A stretch of 64,000 nucleotides of DNA from an uncultured Phycisphaera sp. (GTDB lineage Bacteria; Planctomycetota; Phycisphaerae; UBA1845), in assembly GCA_964501365.1 (NCBI GenBank), contig CAZCST010000003.1, forward strand, positions 1,962-65,961, given 5' to 3'. Every line of letters starts with the position of its first letter. Position 1 is the first letter of the stretch. Positions 43,074 to 52,483 of this stretch are shown here, in pieces. Position numbers and translations under genes: made by a program. Below the pieces are notes generated by a model, which worked only from the letters and a program-made list of their open reading frames with translations, made no database searches and had not been told where the DNA came from.

Positions 43074-44795
43074 ATGTCGATTCGCGGGTTGAACCTCATC
43101 GTGGGGTTCGCGTCTGTCCTTGCAGGTCAAATGGAGATTGCGCGGGCGGACACGCCTCTGACTACGATCCGAGTGGCGTCCGGATTGAGTTACCCCACGT
43201 TTGTCACGCATGCACCCGGTGACTACGATCGACTATTCATTCTCGAACAGCGCGGGAAAATCAAAATTCTCAAGGGCGGACAGATTCTGCCTACACCGTT
43301 TCTTGATATTTCCACGAAAGTGAGCCTGGGAGGGGAGCAGGGATTGCTTGGCCTCGCCTTTCATCCTGATTTTGCGAATAACCGACAGTTTTTCATCGAC
43401 TACACTGACACGGCCGGTGACACGATCGTGGCAAAATACACTGTGTCGGACACCGATCCGGATCAGGCCAACAAGACCGGAGACACGATCCTATTTGTCG
43501 ACCAACCCTACGTCAATCACAACGGAGGATGGATCGAATTCGGCCCCGACGGATATTTGTATATTGCCCTGGGAGATGGCGGCGACCAGGGCGATCCCGA
43601 TGATCGGGGACAGTCCATCTCCGGTGATCTGCTCGGCAATCTTCTGCGCATCGACGTGAATGGCGATGATTTCCCCGGTGACACGCTGCGCGACTATCGC
43701 ATCCCTCCCGACAACCCCTTCGTCGGGCGAGTGGGAGAGGACGAAATCTGGGCCTATGGTCTGCGCAACCCATGGCGCAACGCCTTCGATAGCAAGACCG
43801 GAGATTTATGGATCGCCGACGTGGGCGAAGGCAATTGGGAGGAAATCAATTTCCAGCCTGCGTCCAGCACAGGCGGTCAAAACTACGGTTGGAATTGCAT
43901 GGAAGGAACCGAGTGTGCGACGTTTGGCGCCTGCGATTGCGCAGCGCTGGATTCCGTTTTGCCTATCTACCAATATTCGCACGGGAACTTCAGCCGATGC
44001 GCCATTACCGGAGGTGCCGTCTATCGTGGCTGCGAAATTCCGGATCTGGCTGGGACGTATTTCTTTGCGGACTATTGCAGCGGGCAAATCTGGAGCATGA
44101 CATACGACGGCGTGACGGCCAGCGTGGTGGAGCGAACGGCTGAACTGGCTCCGGCCGTGCCTTTGGTCATCTCCAACGTCTCCTCGTTCGGAGCGGATGC
44201 AGCCGGCGAAATCTACATCTGCGATCGCGCGAGCACCACCGGAGAATTGTACAAGATCATTCCCAGGTCGGGCGTGCCTGTGGTCGTGAGTACCGACCCG
44301 CCCGACGGGGCGATCGACGCCCGCACTCCGTTGGCCCCGGACGGCGTGACGCAGGTCGGCATGGACCAGGTCACGTTTTATTTCGATAGACCCACGAATT
44401 GCTCGGCCCCCGAAAACTTTGTCGTTCGGCAACAGGGAGTGGCCGGTTCAGCCCCCATTGTCACGAGCGTGCAGTCGGTGGAGAACAACGGGCTTCGGGC
44501 GACGCTGAATCACCCGATTACCCCGAAGGCATGGACCATGATCACGCACGGTCCCGCCCGGACGACCATACGCCTTGGCTACCTGCCCGGCGACGCAAGT
44601 GGCGATGGCCTGAGCAGCGCATCTGACATTCTTGACCTGGTGGATTTCCTCAATGGAATCGGACCATCGCGTCCCATTTGGTCCACCGATCTCGATCGCT
44701 CAGGCGTGGCCGCTCCCGCGGACATTCTCAAGTTGATTGATCTTCTCAATGGTGCCGGCAATCTTGATCCGTACGTCGGCGTGAGTCTGCCGTGA
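43074..44795 (+). CDS. PQQ-dependent sugar (glucose/sorbosone) dehydrogenase with dockerin-like C-terminal pair
   Basis: Signal peptide. GLLGLAFHPDF, HNGGWIEFGPDGYLYIALGDGG, LRNPWR. The tail is GDASGDGLSSASDILDLVDFLNG ... DLDRSGVAAPADILKLIDLLNG. Confidence 0.85.
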   Translation: MSIRGLNLIVGFASVLAGQMEIARADTPLTTIRVASGLSYPTFVTHAPGDYDRLFILEQRGKIKILKGGQILPTPFLDISTKVSLGGEQGLLGLAFHPDFANNRQFFIDYTDTAGDTIVAKYTVSDTDPDQANKTGDTILFVDQPYVNHNGGWIEFGPDGYLYIALGDGGDQGDPDDRGQSISGDLLGNLLRIDVNGDDFPGDTLRDYRIPPDNPFVGRVGEDEIWAYGLRNPWRNAFDSKTGDLWIADVGEGNWEEINFQPASSTGGQNYGWNCMEGTECATFGACDCAALDSVLPIYQYSHGNFSRCAITGGAVYRGCEIPDLAGTYFFADYCSGQIWSMTYDGVTASVVERTAELAPAVPLVISNVSSFGADAAGEIYICDRASTTGELYKIIPRSGVPVVVSTDPPDGAIDARTPLAPDGVTQVGMDQVTFYFDRPTNCSAPENFVVRQQGVAGSAPIVTSVQSVENNGLRATLNHPITPKAWTMITHGPARTTIRLGYLPGDASGDGLSSASDILDLVDFLNGIGPSRPIWSTDLDRSGVAAPADILKLIDLLNGAGNLDPYVGVSLP

Positions 44796-45450
44796 CGAAA
44801 TTTGTACGAAGGCGCGCATAGCTCGACGCATCATTCGACGTTCCACTTTCGTTCCATTTTCTTCAACTAGCGCGCTTCGCATGTCGTTTGCAAGCGCGAA
44901 AACAAAAAATTTTCAAATTTTTTTTGCTTGTCTTTTTTGACGCGCTTCAAGGAATGATCACGTTGATCAACGCGCGCATGTGGATCGCGTTCGGCAACGT
45001 GACCGGGACGTTGGAATCATGCGAGTCAATGCGATACGAAGAGCCGGAAACAGCATCATGGCAATTGCGGAACATTTCTCTTGCGTGTCCCTTCGTGTTG
45101 ATTCGGTCGTGCGATCGAGAGTCATGCTTACTCCGCCGCCTTCTCAAAGATTGCAAATCTCTCAATGATTTGCGGGGTTTTCTTGCACGATTCCCTCGCG
45201 TCACGTTCGTCGAAGTTGATGAATCGAGGCTCGCTGGTCGATAAAGACATCGTGCGTCAAGGCGGATGCGATCGTCGATCATGTTGTCCGGCGATTTGCA
45301 CAAACGCAGGATGCGAAACGATTCGTATGCCGTGCTGAGTATGTGCCACGCGATGTCGCTCGCGCAAAATTTTCGACGACTGGCCATCGGTTTGATGAGT
45401 TCGGGCGCGTGTAACCGACATTGAAAATCGCCTCAAAGGCAAAAAATCTT

Positions 45451-45478
45451 TTGACAGGCTCCAGTGAACGTGTAGTAT
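45451..45478 (+). promoter_or_regulatory. Near-consensus sigma-70-type promoter of the Lys-rich sORF
   Basis: TTGACA (45451-56), 16-nt spacer, TAGTAT (45473-78). The predicted TSS is about 20 nt upstream of the sORF ATG. Confidence 0.55.
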
Positions 45479-45503
45479 TTACTCAAGAAAGGAGGTGACG
45501 CTA

Positions 45504-45572
45504 ATGGCTAAGAAACGAAAGGCTGCCAAGTCTTCAAAGAAGAAGGCTAAGAAGTCCGCAAAGAAGAAGTAA
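45504..45572 (+). CDS. 22-aa lysine-rich small protein MAKKRKAAKSSKKKAKKSAKKK
   Basis: Canonical SD AAGGAGGTGA (45488-97) 6 nt before the ATG. Its own promoter lies upstream and a strong terminator about 110 nt downstream. It is below the length cutoff of the ORF track. Confidence 0.55.
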   Translation: MAKKRKAAKSSKKKAKKSAKKK

Positions 45573-45681
45573 GGTCGTGCCCTCCGCGTCGGGCGTGATA
45601 ACGCCGGATGATCACTGACGAAAGTCGCCACGGCCGTCGGTAATCCTGAGCGAGCGCCAAGCGGAGATGGCCAAAATGACG

Positions 45682-45730
45682 GAACGGAAGGTGTCGCATC
45701 GCCACGGCGACATCTTCCGTTCGTCTTTTT
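45682..45730 (+). terminator. Rho-independent terminator
   Basis: GAACGGAAGGTGTCGC (45682-97) pairs with GCGACATCTTCCGTTC (45707-22): 16 bp including one G-U. It is followed by GTCTTTTT. Confidence 0.8.
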
Positions 45731-45852
45731 ACGAAACCTGCGTTTGATTGTCTGAGTCCAACCTCTCCCTAATCCTCATCCCTTGTGCTTTTGAACCCCG
45801 AACTTGGCCTCCCTCTGAAGCCCCCCCCAATAGGGGTCGATAATATGTAGAT

Positions 45853-46947
45853 ATGCACCGGGTACTTTGCATCTGCGGGGCGCGGCCAAACTTCATGAAA
45901 ATCGCCCCTTTACTGACTGGTTTGCGACAGCGCGGCGGTATCGACGCGCAGTTGGTCCACACCGGCCAGCATTACGACGAAAAAATGAGCCGGTCGTTTT
46001 TCTCCGACCTGGGCATCCCGCAGCCCGACGTCAACCTCGAAGTCGGCAGCGGATCGCATGCCGTTCAGACCGCCGAAATCATGAAGCGGTTCGAACCGGT
46101 CTGCCTCGAACGCCGTCCCGATTGGGTGATCGTCGTCGGCGACGTGAACAGCACGATTGCGTGCGCCCTGGTGGCCGCCAAGTTGAACATCAAGGTCGCC
46201 CACGTCGAGGCCGGTTTGCGAAGCTTCGACCGCACCATGCCCGAGGAAGTCAATCGCGTCCTTACGGATGCGATCAGCGATTTGCTCTTTGTCAGCGAAC
46301 CCAGCGGCGTGGAAAACTTGCGAAAGGAAGGAATCGACGATCGCAAGATTCATCTCGTGGGAAACGTGATGATTGACACGCTGCTCCAGAACCGGTCGCG
46401 GGCCGACGAATCACGCATCGTGGAGGGATTGGGATTGCGGCCGCGACAATATGCCGTGCTCACTCTGCACAGACCAAGCAACGTGGATCGCCGCGAATCG
46501 TTCGAGCCGATCCTTAGTGCCCTGGAGCGAATCGCCCGCGATATGCCGATCGTGTTCCCCGTACACCCGCGCTCGCGCAAGAATATCACCTCGATGGGCC
46601 TCGATCCGCGCCTGGCCAAGGCCGCCAATATCAAACTGATTGAACCGCTGGGTTATCTGGATTTTCTCAAGCTGATGGCCGAATCCGCGATGGTGCTCAC
46701 TGATTCCGGTGGAATTCAGGAGGAGACCACGATATTGGGGGTTGCCTGCCTGACGCTCCGCGACAACACCGAACGGCCTGTTACCACCACCCAGGGAACC
46801 AATCGTATCGCAGGGAGCACGACCGAGGGTATCCTTCGAGCGTATGATACAGTGCGGAAGAACCCGCCGTCCGGCAAACGACCCGACCTGTGGGACGGCA
46901 AGGCCGCCCAGCGGATTGTGGATGTCCTGGTGAGATCGCTTTCATGA
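45853..46947 (+). CDS. wecB: UDP-N-acetylglucosamine 2-epimerase (non-hydrolysing)
   Basis: VLCICGARPNFMKIAPL, HTGQHYDEKMSRSFFSDLGIPQPDVNLEVGSGSHAVQTA, ..VLTDSGGIQEE... Confidence 0.92.
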   Translation: MHRVLCICGARPNFMKIAPLLTGLRQRGGIDAQLVHTGQHYDEKMSRSFFSDLGIPQPDVNLEVGSGSHAVQTAEIMKRFEPVCLERRPDWVIVVGDVNSTIACALVAAKLNIKVAHVEAGLRSFDRTMPEEVNRVLTDAISDLLFVSEPSGVENLRKEGIDDRKIHLVGNVMIDTLLQNRSRADESRIVEGLGLRPRQYAVLTLHRPSNVDRRESFEPILSALERIARDMPIVFPVHPRSRKNITSMGLDPRLAKAANIKLIEPLGYLDFLKLMAESAMVLTDSGGIQEETTILGVACLTLRDNTERPVTTTQGTNRIAGSTTEGILRAYDTVRKNPPSGKRPDLWDGKAAQRIVDVLVRSLS

Positions 46948-48260
46948 ATATTTCCGTCATAGGAACAGGTTACGTAGGACTCGTTGCAGGCGCTTGCCTT
47001 TCCGATAGCGGCCATCGCGTCCTGTGTGTGGACAAGGACACGGGAAAGATCGCAAGACTCAGCCGTGGTGAGATTCCCATATTCGAGCCGGGGCTTGCCG
47101 AGATCGTCCAGCGAAACCAGAAGGCCAGCCGCCTGGCATTTACGTCGGACCTGGAGGCCGCCATCAAGCACGGACGGGTCATCTTCATTGCCGTCGGCAC
47201 TCCGGAAGGAGCCAACGGCGAGCCTGACCTGTCTTCGATTCTTCAGGTGGCCACGACCATCGGGAAAATCATGGACGGCTATCGGGTTGTGGTGATGAAG
47301 AGCACCGTGCCGGTGGGAACGCATCTCAAGGTGACCAAAGCCATTGGCGAACAGACGGCACATCCCTTCGATTATGTCAGCAATCCGGAATTCCTTAAGG
47401 AGGGTGCTGCGATCGAGGACTTCACCCGTCCCGATCGAGTCGTACTCGGAACGAGCAATCCGGCGGCCGGCGAAATCATGCGCGAAATTTACGCCTCGTT
47501 CATGCGCCGCGATGAGAAAATCATGCTGATGGACCCGGCCAGCGCGGAAATGACCAAGTACGCGGCCAACGCCATGCTCGCCCTGCGCATTTCGTTTATC
47601 AACGAGATGAGCGGGCTTTGCGAAAGGTACGGCGCCGACATCGAAAGCGTCCGGCGCGGAGTCGGCTCCGACTCCCGCATCGGCAGTGCCTTTCTCTATC
47701 CCGGCGTGGGTTATGGCGGTTCCTGCTTCCCCAAGGACGTCAATGCACTCATCGCCATGGGCAAGGCTGTCGATTTTCCGGCCAGCCTTGCCTCCGCCGC
47801 TCAGGAAATCAATCTTCGCCAGCGAAAGCGATTCGCCCGCCGGGTAATCGATCACTTTGGCAGCGCCGCGAAATCGACGACTCTCGCCGTCTGGGGTCTG
47901 GCCTTCAAGGCCTGGACGGATGACATCCGTGAATCGCCCGCGATCGCGGCCATTCGCATGTTTGTCGAGTGCGGAATGAAGATTCAGGCACACGACCCCG
48001 AAGCGATCTCCAAGGCAAGGGCGGAACTCGGTGACTCCGTGACGTTTTGCGACGAGCCGTACCAGACCCTTGAGCGTGCCGACGCGCTGGCCATCTTTAC
48101 GGACTGGCCGCAGTTCCGGACGCCGGATTTTGACGTGATTGGCAGTCGCCTTCGCAATCGCCTGATTTTCGACGGCCGCAATCTGTACGACCCCGTCGCC
48201 ATGGCCCGCCGAGGATTCAAATACATCTGTGTCGGCCGCCCAACCCGCCAGCCCGCGTGA
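46944..48260 (+). CDS. ugd: UDP-glucose/nucleotide-sugar 6-dehydrogenase
   Basis: MNISVIGTGYVGLVAGACLSDSGHRVLCVDKD, GGSCFPKD catalytic Cys region. ATGA overlap with the wecB stop. The track start 46890 is upstream of the Rossmann N-terminus. Confidence 0.9.
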   Translation: MNISVIGTGYVGLVAGACLSDSGHRVLCVDKDTGKIARLSRGEIPIFEPGLAEIVQRNQKASRLAFTSDLEAAIKHGRVIFIAVGTPEGANGEPDLSSILQVATTIGKIMDGYRVVVMKSTVPVGTHLKVTKAIGEQTAHPFDYVSNPEFLKEGAAIEDFTRPDRVVLGTSNPAAGEIMREIYASFMRRDEKIMLMDPASAEMTKYAANAMLALRISFINEMSGLCERYGADIESVRRGVGSDSRIGSAFLYPGVGYGGSCFPKDVNALIAMGKAVDFPASLASAAQEINLRQRKRFARRVIDHFGSAAKSTTLAVWGLAFKAWTDDIRESPAIAAIRMFVECGMKIQAHDPEAISKARAELGDSVTFCDEPYQTLERADALAIFTDWPQFRTPDFDVIGSRLRNRLIFDGRNLYDPVAMARRGFKYICVGRPTRQPA

Positions 48261-48267
48261 CGCTATT

Positions 48268-49236
48268 ATGAAGATCGTGGTTACAGGTGGAGCGGGGTTT
48301 ATCGGATCGCACTTGTGCGAGGCGTTGCTGCGCACCGGCCATAATGTTACGGCCCTGGATATCTTCGACAACTTCTACAACCCCGACATCAAACGTGGGA
48401 ATATCAGAAATCTGCTATCGAACCCGGGCTTCAAACTGATTGAGGGTGACATTCGTAACCCAGACGACGTGAAAAACGCAATCGGCGCCGGAACCGACGC
48501 CATTGTTCACCTCGCGGCCCGCGCCGGAGTCCGCCCCTCCATCGAGCAGCCCCTGCTCTATCAGGACGTAAACATTCGCGGCACGATGGTGCTCTTGGAG
48601 GCGGTGCGGCATGTCAGAGGCTGCAAGTTCATCTTCGGCAGCAGTTCCAGCGTCTACGGCAACAACGCGAAAGTCCCCTTCGCCGAGGACGACAACGTCG
48701 ATTCCCCGATTTCACCATACGCGGCTACCAAGCGCGCCGGTGAATTACTCTGCCGCACCTACCACCACCTGTACGCCATTCCCACGACCTGCCTGCGATT
48801 TTTCACCGTGTACGGGCCCCGCCAGCGGCCGGACCTCGCCATTCACAAGTTCGCCCGGCTGATCGAGACCGGAAAACCCATCCCTGTTTTCGGCGACGGC
48901 TCCATGCAGCGCGATTACACTTACGTCGATGACATCGTTCGAGGCGTGCAACGGGCCATCGAGCGGTGCAGCGGATTTGCGACCTACAACCTCGGCAACT
49001 CCAGCCCGATTTCGCTCACTCAGCTCATCGCCGCTCTCGAATCGGCACTCGGCAAGAAGGCGATCATCGACCGACTCCCGCTCCAGCCCGGCGATGTGAA
49101 TCGCACGTACGCCGATATCACCTTGGCCGCCCGCGATCTGGGCTTTTCTCCGCAAACCGACTTCCGCACCGGTCTCGCCCGATTCGTGGAATGGTTCCGC
49201 ACAACTTCCTCTCCCCATGGGAGAGGACAGCGGTGA
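48268..49236 (+). CDS. NAD-dependent nucleotide-sugar epimerase (UDP-glucuronate 4-epimerase-like)
   Basis: MKIVVTGGAGFIGSHL, SSSSVYG, YAATKRAGE (YxxxK). Follows ugd. The last ~10 codons run into a REP-like hairpin. Confidence 0.85.
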   Translation: MKIVVTGGAGFIGSHLCEALLRTGHNVTALDIFDNFYNPDIKRGNIRNLLSNPGFKLIEGDIRNPDDVKNAIGAGTDAIVHLAARAGVRPSIEQPLLYQDVNIRGTMVLLEAVRHVRGCKFIFGSSSSVYGNNAKVPFAEDDNVDSPISPYAATKRAGELLCRTYHHLYAIPTTCLRFFTVYGPRQRPDLAIHKFARLIETGKPIPVFGDGSMQRDYTYVDDIVRGVQRAIERCSGFATYNLGNSSPISLTQLIAALESALGKKAIIDRLPLQPGDVNRTYADITLAARDLGFSPQTDFRTGLARFVEWFRTTSSPHGRGQR

Positions 49237-49286
49237 GGGCGCTTTTCCCTCTCCCTCCCAGGGAGAGGGCCGGGGTGAGGGTAAGG
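49207..49286. repeat. Tandem GC-rich REP-like hairpins (CCTCTCCC / GGGAGAGG family with GGTGAGGG flanks)
   Basis: TCCTCTCCC-cat-GGGAGAGGA (49207-27) and CCCTCTCCCT-ccc-AGGGAGAGGG (49247-69), flanked by two GGTGAGGG copies. The same family occurs at 1619-1657 and 4101-4136 in the opposite orientation. Confidence 0.55.
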
Positions 49287-49376
49287 ACTTCCAAATACTG
49301 AATGGTTTCGTGCCTTCGTGGTGAACAGGCCGTTTCAGTCAGTGGTAAGACCTTCCGATAACTCAATTACCATTCC

Positions 49377-50297
49377 ATGAACTCGCAATTCGATCAACCA
49401 TTGAATGCCCTGACCTTCGACGTCGAAGATTGGATTCAATCCGTCTACAACGTTGACGCGCCGCTTACGGACTGCTTCATTCGCAATACCCATGCTGTCC
49501 TTGAGCTCCTCGCAGTACACAATGTGCGCGCCACGTTTTTTGTGCTCGGCCTGGCCGCCGAAAAATCGCCGGAATTGGTTCGCGCGATCCATGCGGCCGG
49601 ACATGAGATCCAAAGCCATGGCCATGGCCACCGCCTCATCCATACGCAGACACGCGCCCAATTCCGAGAAGACATCCGTCGCTCGAAGGCGTTGCTTGAA
49701 GACCTGATCACCCGGCCCATCACCGGTTACCGCGCCCCGGCCTTTTCCATCACCTGCCGCACCGTCTGGGCCCTCGACGAACTCGCCAACGCCGGCTTCG
49801 AGTATGACTCATCCATCTTCCCGATGCGCCTCCGCCGCTACGGAATCAGTGGTACTCCGAGAACCCCATACCGGCTCCAGACGCCGAGCGGCGCGCAACT
49901 GCTCGAAATCCCGGTCTGCACCATGCAGCTTGGCCCGCTGCGCCTCCCGGCAGCCGGAGGCGGTTATCTACGTCTCGCGCCAGCCTGGTTCGTGGAGCTG
50001 GCCATTGCCCGCATGAACCAGCAGGGCCACCCGGCCGTGCTCTATATGCACCCCTACGAACTCGCCCCGCATGAATTCTCGCAGCTTCTGACTTCCATTC
50101 CCTGGCGTATCCGATTCCAGCAAGGGTTGGGTCGATCCACGGTCGCCGCCAAGCTCAGTCGACTCGCGACGGAAATTCCCTTTGGAACGATTCGCGAGAT
50201 GCTCGTCCAGTGTCGATGTGTGGAACCGGCGATGTTTGTCGGCCACGACGCACAAATCGATACCGGATTCCACGCCGTTGCCGCCCCGGTTGCTTGA
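49377..50297 (+). CDS. Polysaccharide deacetylase (DUF3473-containing subfamily)
   Basis: ALTFDVEDW.., ATFFVLGLAAEKSPELVRAIHAAGHEIQSHGHGH, ..YRAPAFSI.. Confidence 0.85.
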   Translation: MNSQFDQPLNALTFDVEDWIQSVYNVDAPLTDCFIRNTHAVLELLAVHNVRATFFVLGLAAEKSPELVRAIHAAGHEIQSHGHGHRLIHTQTRAQFREDIRRSKALLEDLITRPITGYRAPAFSITCRTVWALDELANAGFEYDSSIFPMRLRRYGISGTPRTPYRLQTPSGAQLLEIPVCTMQLGPLRLPAAGGGYLRLAPAWFVELAIARMNQQGHPAVLYMHPYELAPHEFSQLLTSIPWRIRFQQGLGRSTVAAKLSRLATEIPFGTIREMLVQCRCVEPAMFVGHDAQIDTGFHAVAAPVA

Positions 50298-50369
50298 GCG
50301 CAGCGATTTTCCCCGTATATTTGGCTTCCTATCTTGATTACGGGCGTCCTTACCCATTGGAGATTGACC

Positions 50370-52286
50370 ATGACCAGCAGGCACTTGATCCGGGCCAATT
50401 GGATTTGTCTTCTTTTCGCAGTTTTGTGCGCGCCGACGCTTTTGCGAGCCGAGGCGGGAAAAGGCATTGAGCCGTTTATCAAGATGCGCTGGCCCGGCGC
50501 GGGCAAGCTGGCTCCGGATGGCACCCTCTACTTCATCTATAACCCCGACGGCATTAACCAGCTCTACAAGGTGGCCCCCGGCAAGACACAGAAGGATGCC
50601 GTCAAACTCACGACCTTTCAGGATGGTATTGGCGGATACAACCTCAGCGACGACGGCAAGTGGATCGTCATTACGGCGGCCGTCGGCGGAAGCGAACAAT
50701 TCAGCATGTACCTGCTCGATACCACCAGCGGCAAGATGGACGATCTCTTCGTAAATCCAAAGTTCGTCTACGCCGGACCGACCTGGCGACGCGACTCGAA
50801 AGCGTTTGCATTCCGCGCCAACGATGAAACTCCCTCGGACTTCCACATCTACACGGTCGATCTCGAGACGCGCAAGCCCAAGAAGGCCTATGCCGCCAAG
50901 GGATCACACGATGCGGTGGACTTCAATCGAGACGGAACAAAGCTGATGGTGATGAAGGAGATTTCGGCCACCTACAGCCAGCTTTTCGAAGTGAATCTCG
51001 CCAGCGGCGAAGCCCGCGAAATCACCCCCAAGGGTGAGGAGTGGAGTTTCGAGGGCGTCGGCTACACCGCCGATGACAAGCGCTTCATCGTCAACACGAA
51101 CTACAAGGGCGATTTGATGGCCCTTCATTCCATCGATCTGGCTACCGGCAAAATCGAGCCGATCCTCACCGACCTTGCCGGCAAGGAAATCGACGGCGCC
51201 GCCTTCAACGACGAACGGACGATTCTGGCGGTGGCCGTCAACGAAGACGGATTCAGCACACTCCACCTGCGAAAAGCTGGCGATTTCTCACCCATGCAGG
51301 GTCCGACGCTGGCCAAGGGGCTGGTCGGCAACATCTATTTCCGCGGCCCCTACATGCTCTACTCGCTCGATAACGCCAATACCCCGGGCCTCGTCTACAA
51401 GTGGGACACAACCAAGCCCACGGAGCCCGGCGTTGTGCTGACGCAGGCCGATACGCAGGGCGTGGACGTAAGCAAGTTCCGCCTGCCCGAACTCGTGCAA
51501 TACCCGTCCTTCGACGGCATGAAGATCCCGGCTTTCATTTACCTTCCAGCCGACTACCAGAAGGGGAAGAAGATTCCGTTTATCGTTCAGTACCACGGCG
51601 GGCCTGAGTCGCAGTTCCGCCCGTCGTTCAATCGCTCGTTCCAATACTTTGTTTCGCAAGGCTACGGCGTCATCGCACCCAATCCGCGCGGCAGCAGTGG
51701 CTACGGCAAGACGTTTCTCGAAGCCGACAACTACAAGAACCGCGACAAGAGCGTGAAGGACGGCATCTGGGCGGCCAAGTACCTCGTCGATCAGGGCTAC
51801 TCCGAGCCGCGCAAGATTGCCGCGTGGGGCGGCAGCTACGGCGGCTTTATGACCATGGCCGTCATCACCGAAGCGCCGGAATTGTTCGGCGCCGCCTGTG
51901 ATGTGGTGGGCGTCGTTAATTTTGAAACGTTTCTCGAACAGACCAAGGATTACCGCCGGGCGCTGCGTGAAGTGGAGTATGGCCCGCTTACCGACCGTGA
52001 ATTCCTTAAGTCGATTTCTCCGATCCACAAGGTGGACCGCATCACCACTCCACTGATGATCGCCCACGGTCTGAATGACCCGCGCGTCCCCGTCGGCGAG
52101 GCCATGCAGATCGCCGTCGCCCTTAAGAAGCGCGGTGCCGACGTTGCCGAACTCTACTTCCCGGATGAAGGCCACGGTTTCGCCAAGGAAGGCAACCGGT
52201 TGCTGTATTACCAGGAACTGGTGAAGTTTTTCGACGCGCACTTGAAGACAACATCCAATCCGAAGTCGGCTCCGAATCAGGGATAA
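50370..52286 (+). CDS. S9-family serine peptidase (prolyl oligopeptidase/DPP-like), exported
   Basis: Signal MTSRHLIRANWICLLFAVLCAPTLLRA. Beta-propeller N-half. GGSYGGFMT nucleophile elbow. HGLNDPRVP and DEGHGF complete the triad regions. Confidence 0.9.
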   Translation: MTSRHLIRANWICLLFAVLCAPTLLRAEAGKGIEPFIKMRWPGAGKLAPDGTLYFIYNPDGINQLYKVAPGKTQKDAVKLTTFQDGIGGYNLSDDGKWIVITAAVGGSEQFSMYLLDTTSGKMDDLFVNPKFVYAGPTWRRDSKAFAFRANDETPSDFHIYTVDLETRKPKKAYAAKGSHDAVDFNRDGTKLMVMKEISATYSQLFEVNLASGEAREITPKGEEWSFEGVGYTADDKRFIVNTNYKGDLMALHSIDLATGKIEPILTDLAGKEIDGAAFNDERTILAVAVNEDGFSTLHLRKAGDFSPMQGPTLAKGLVGNIYFRGPYMLYSLDNANTPGLVYKWDTTKPTEPGVVLTQADTQGVDVSKFRLPELVQYPSFDGMKIPAFIYLPADYQKGKKIPFIVQYHGGPESQFRPSFNRSFQYFVSQGYGVIAPNPRGSSGYGKTFLEADNYKNRDKSVKDGIWAAKYLVDQGYSEPRKIAAWGGSYGGFMTMAVITEAPELFGAACDVVGVVNFETFLEQTKDYRRALREVEYGPLTDREFLKSISPIHKVDRITTPLMIAHGLNDPRVPVGEAMQIAVALKKRGADVAELYFPDEGHGFAKEGNRLLYYQELVKFFDAHLKTTSNPKSAPNQG

Positions 52287-52483
52287 CTCTCTAAAGAATG
52301 TAGGTAGCTACCTCTCACTTTGTGTAGATAAGAGGGTTGGTTGGACGAATCATCTGGGAGCAGCCCCAATCGCGGCCTGTGAATTTTCCGGATTTGCCAA
52401 CCGCAAGGTAGCGGCTATACTCTCCGATTCTTCACTTTTTTCCGAGTTACCGCCCCTTGAGCGGTTGCGGATTGAGTGCGGAC

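Noticed and set aside
44860-44935. Terminator after the PQQ dehydrogenase (CGCGCTT..AAGCGCG stem followed by an A/T-rich run)
   Set aside because: The stem is only 7 bp with an irregular interior. It is followed by an A-run before the T-run, so it does not fit an intrinsic terminator on either strand.
44888-45387. Track ORFs 44888-45244 (+, 118 aa) and 44947-45387 (-, 146 aa) as genes
   Set aside because: They are mutually antisense with atypical compositions, no SD and no motifs. Codon third-position GC supports at most fragments of the minus strand. They are treated as a possible decayed gene in the findings rather than annotated.
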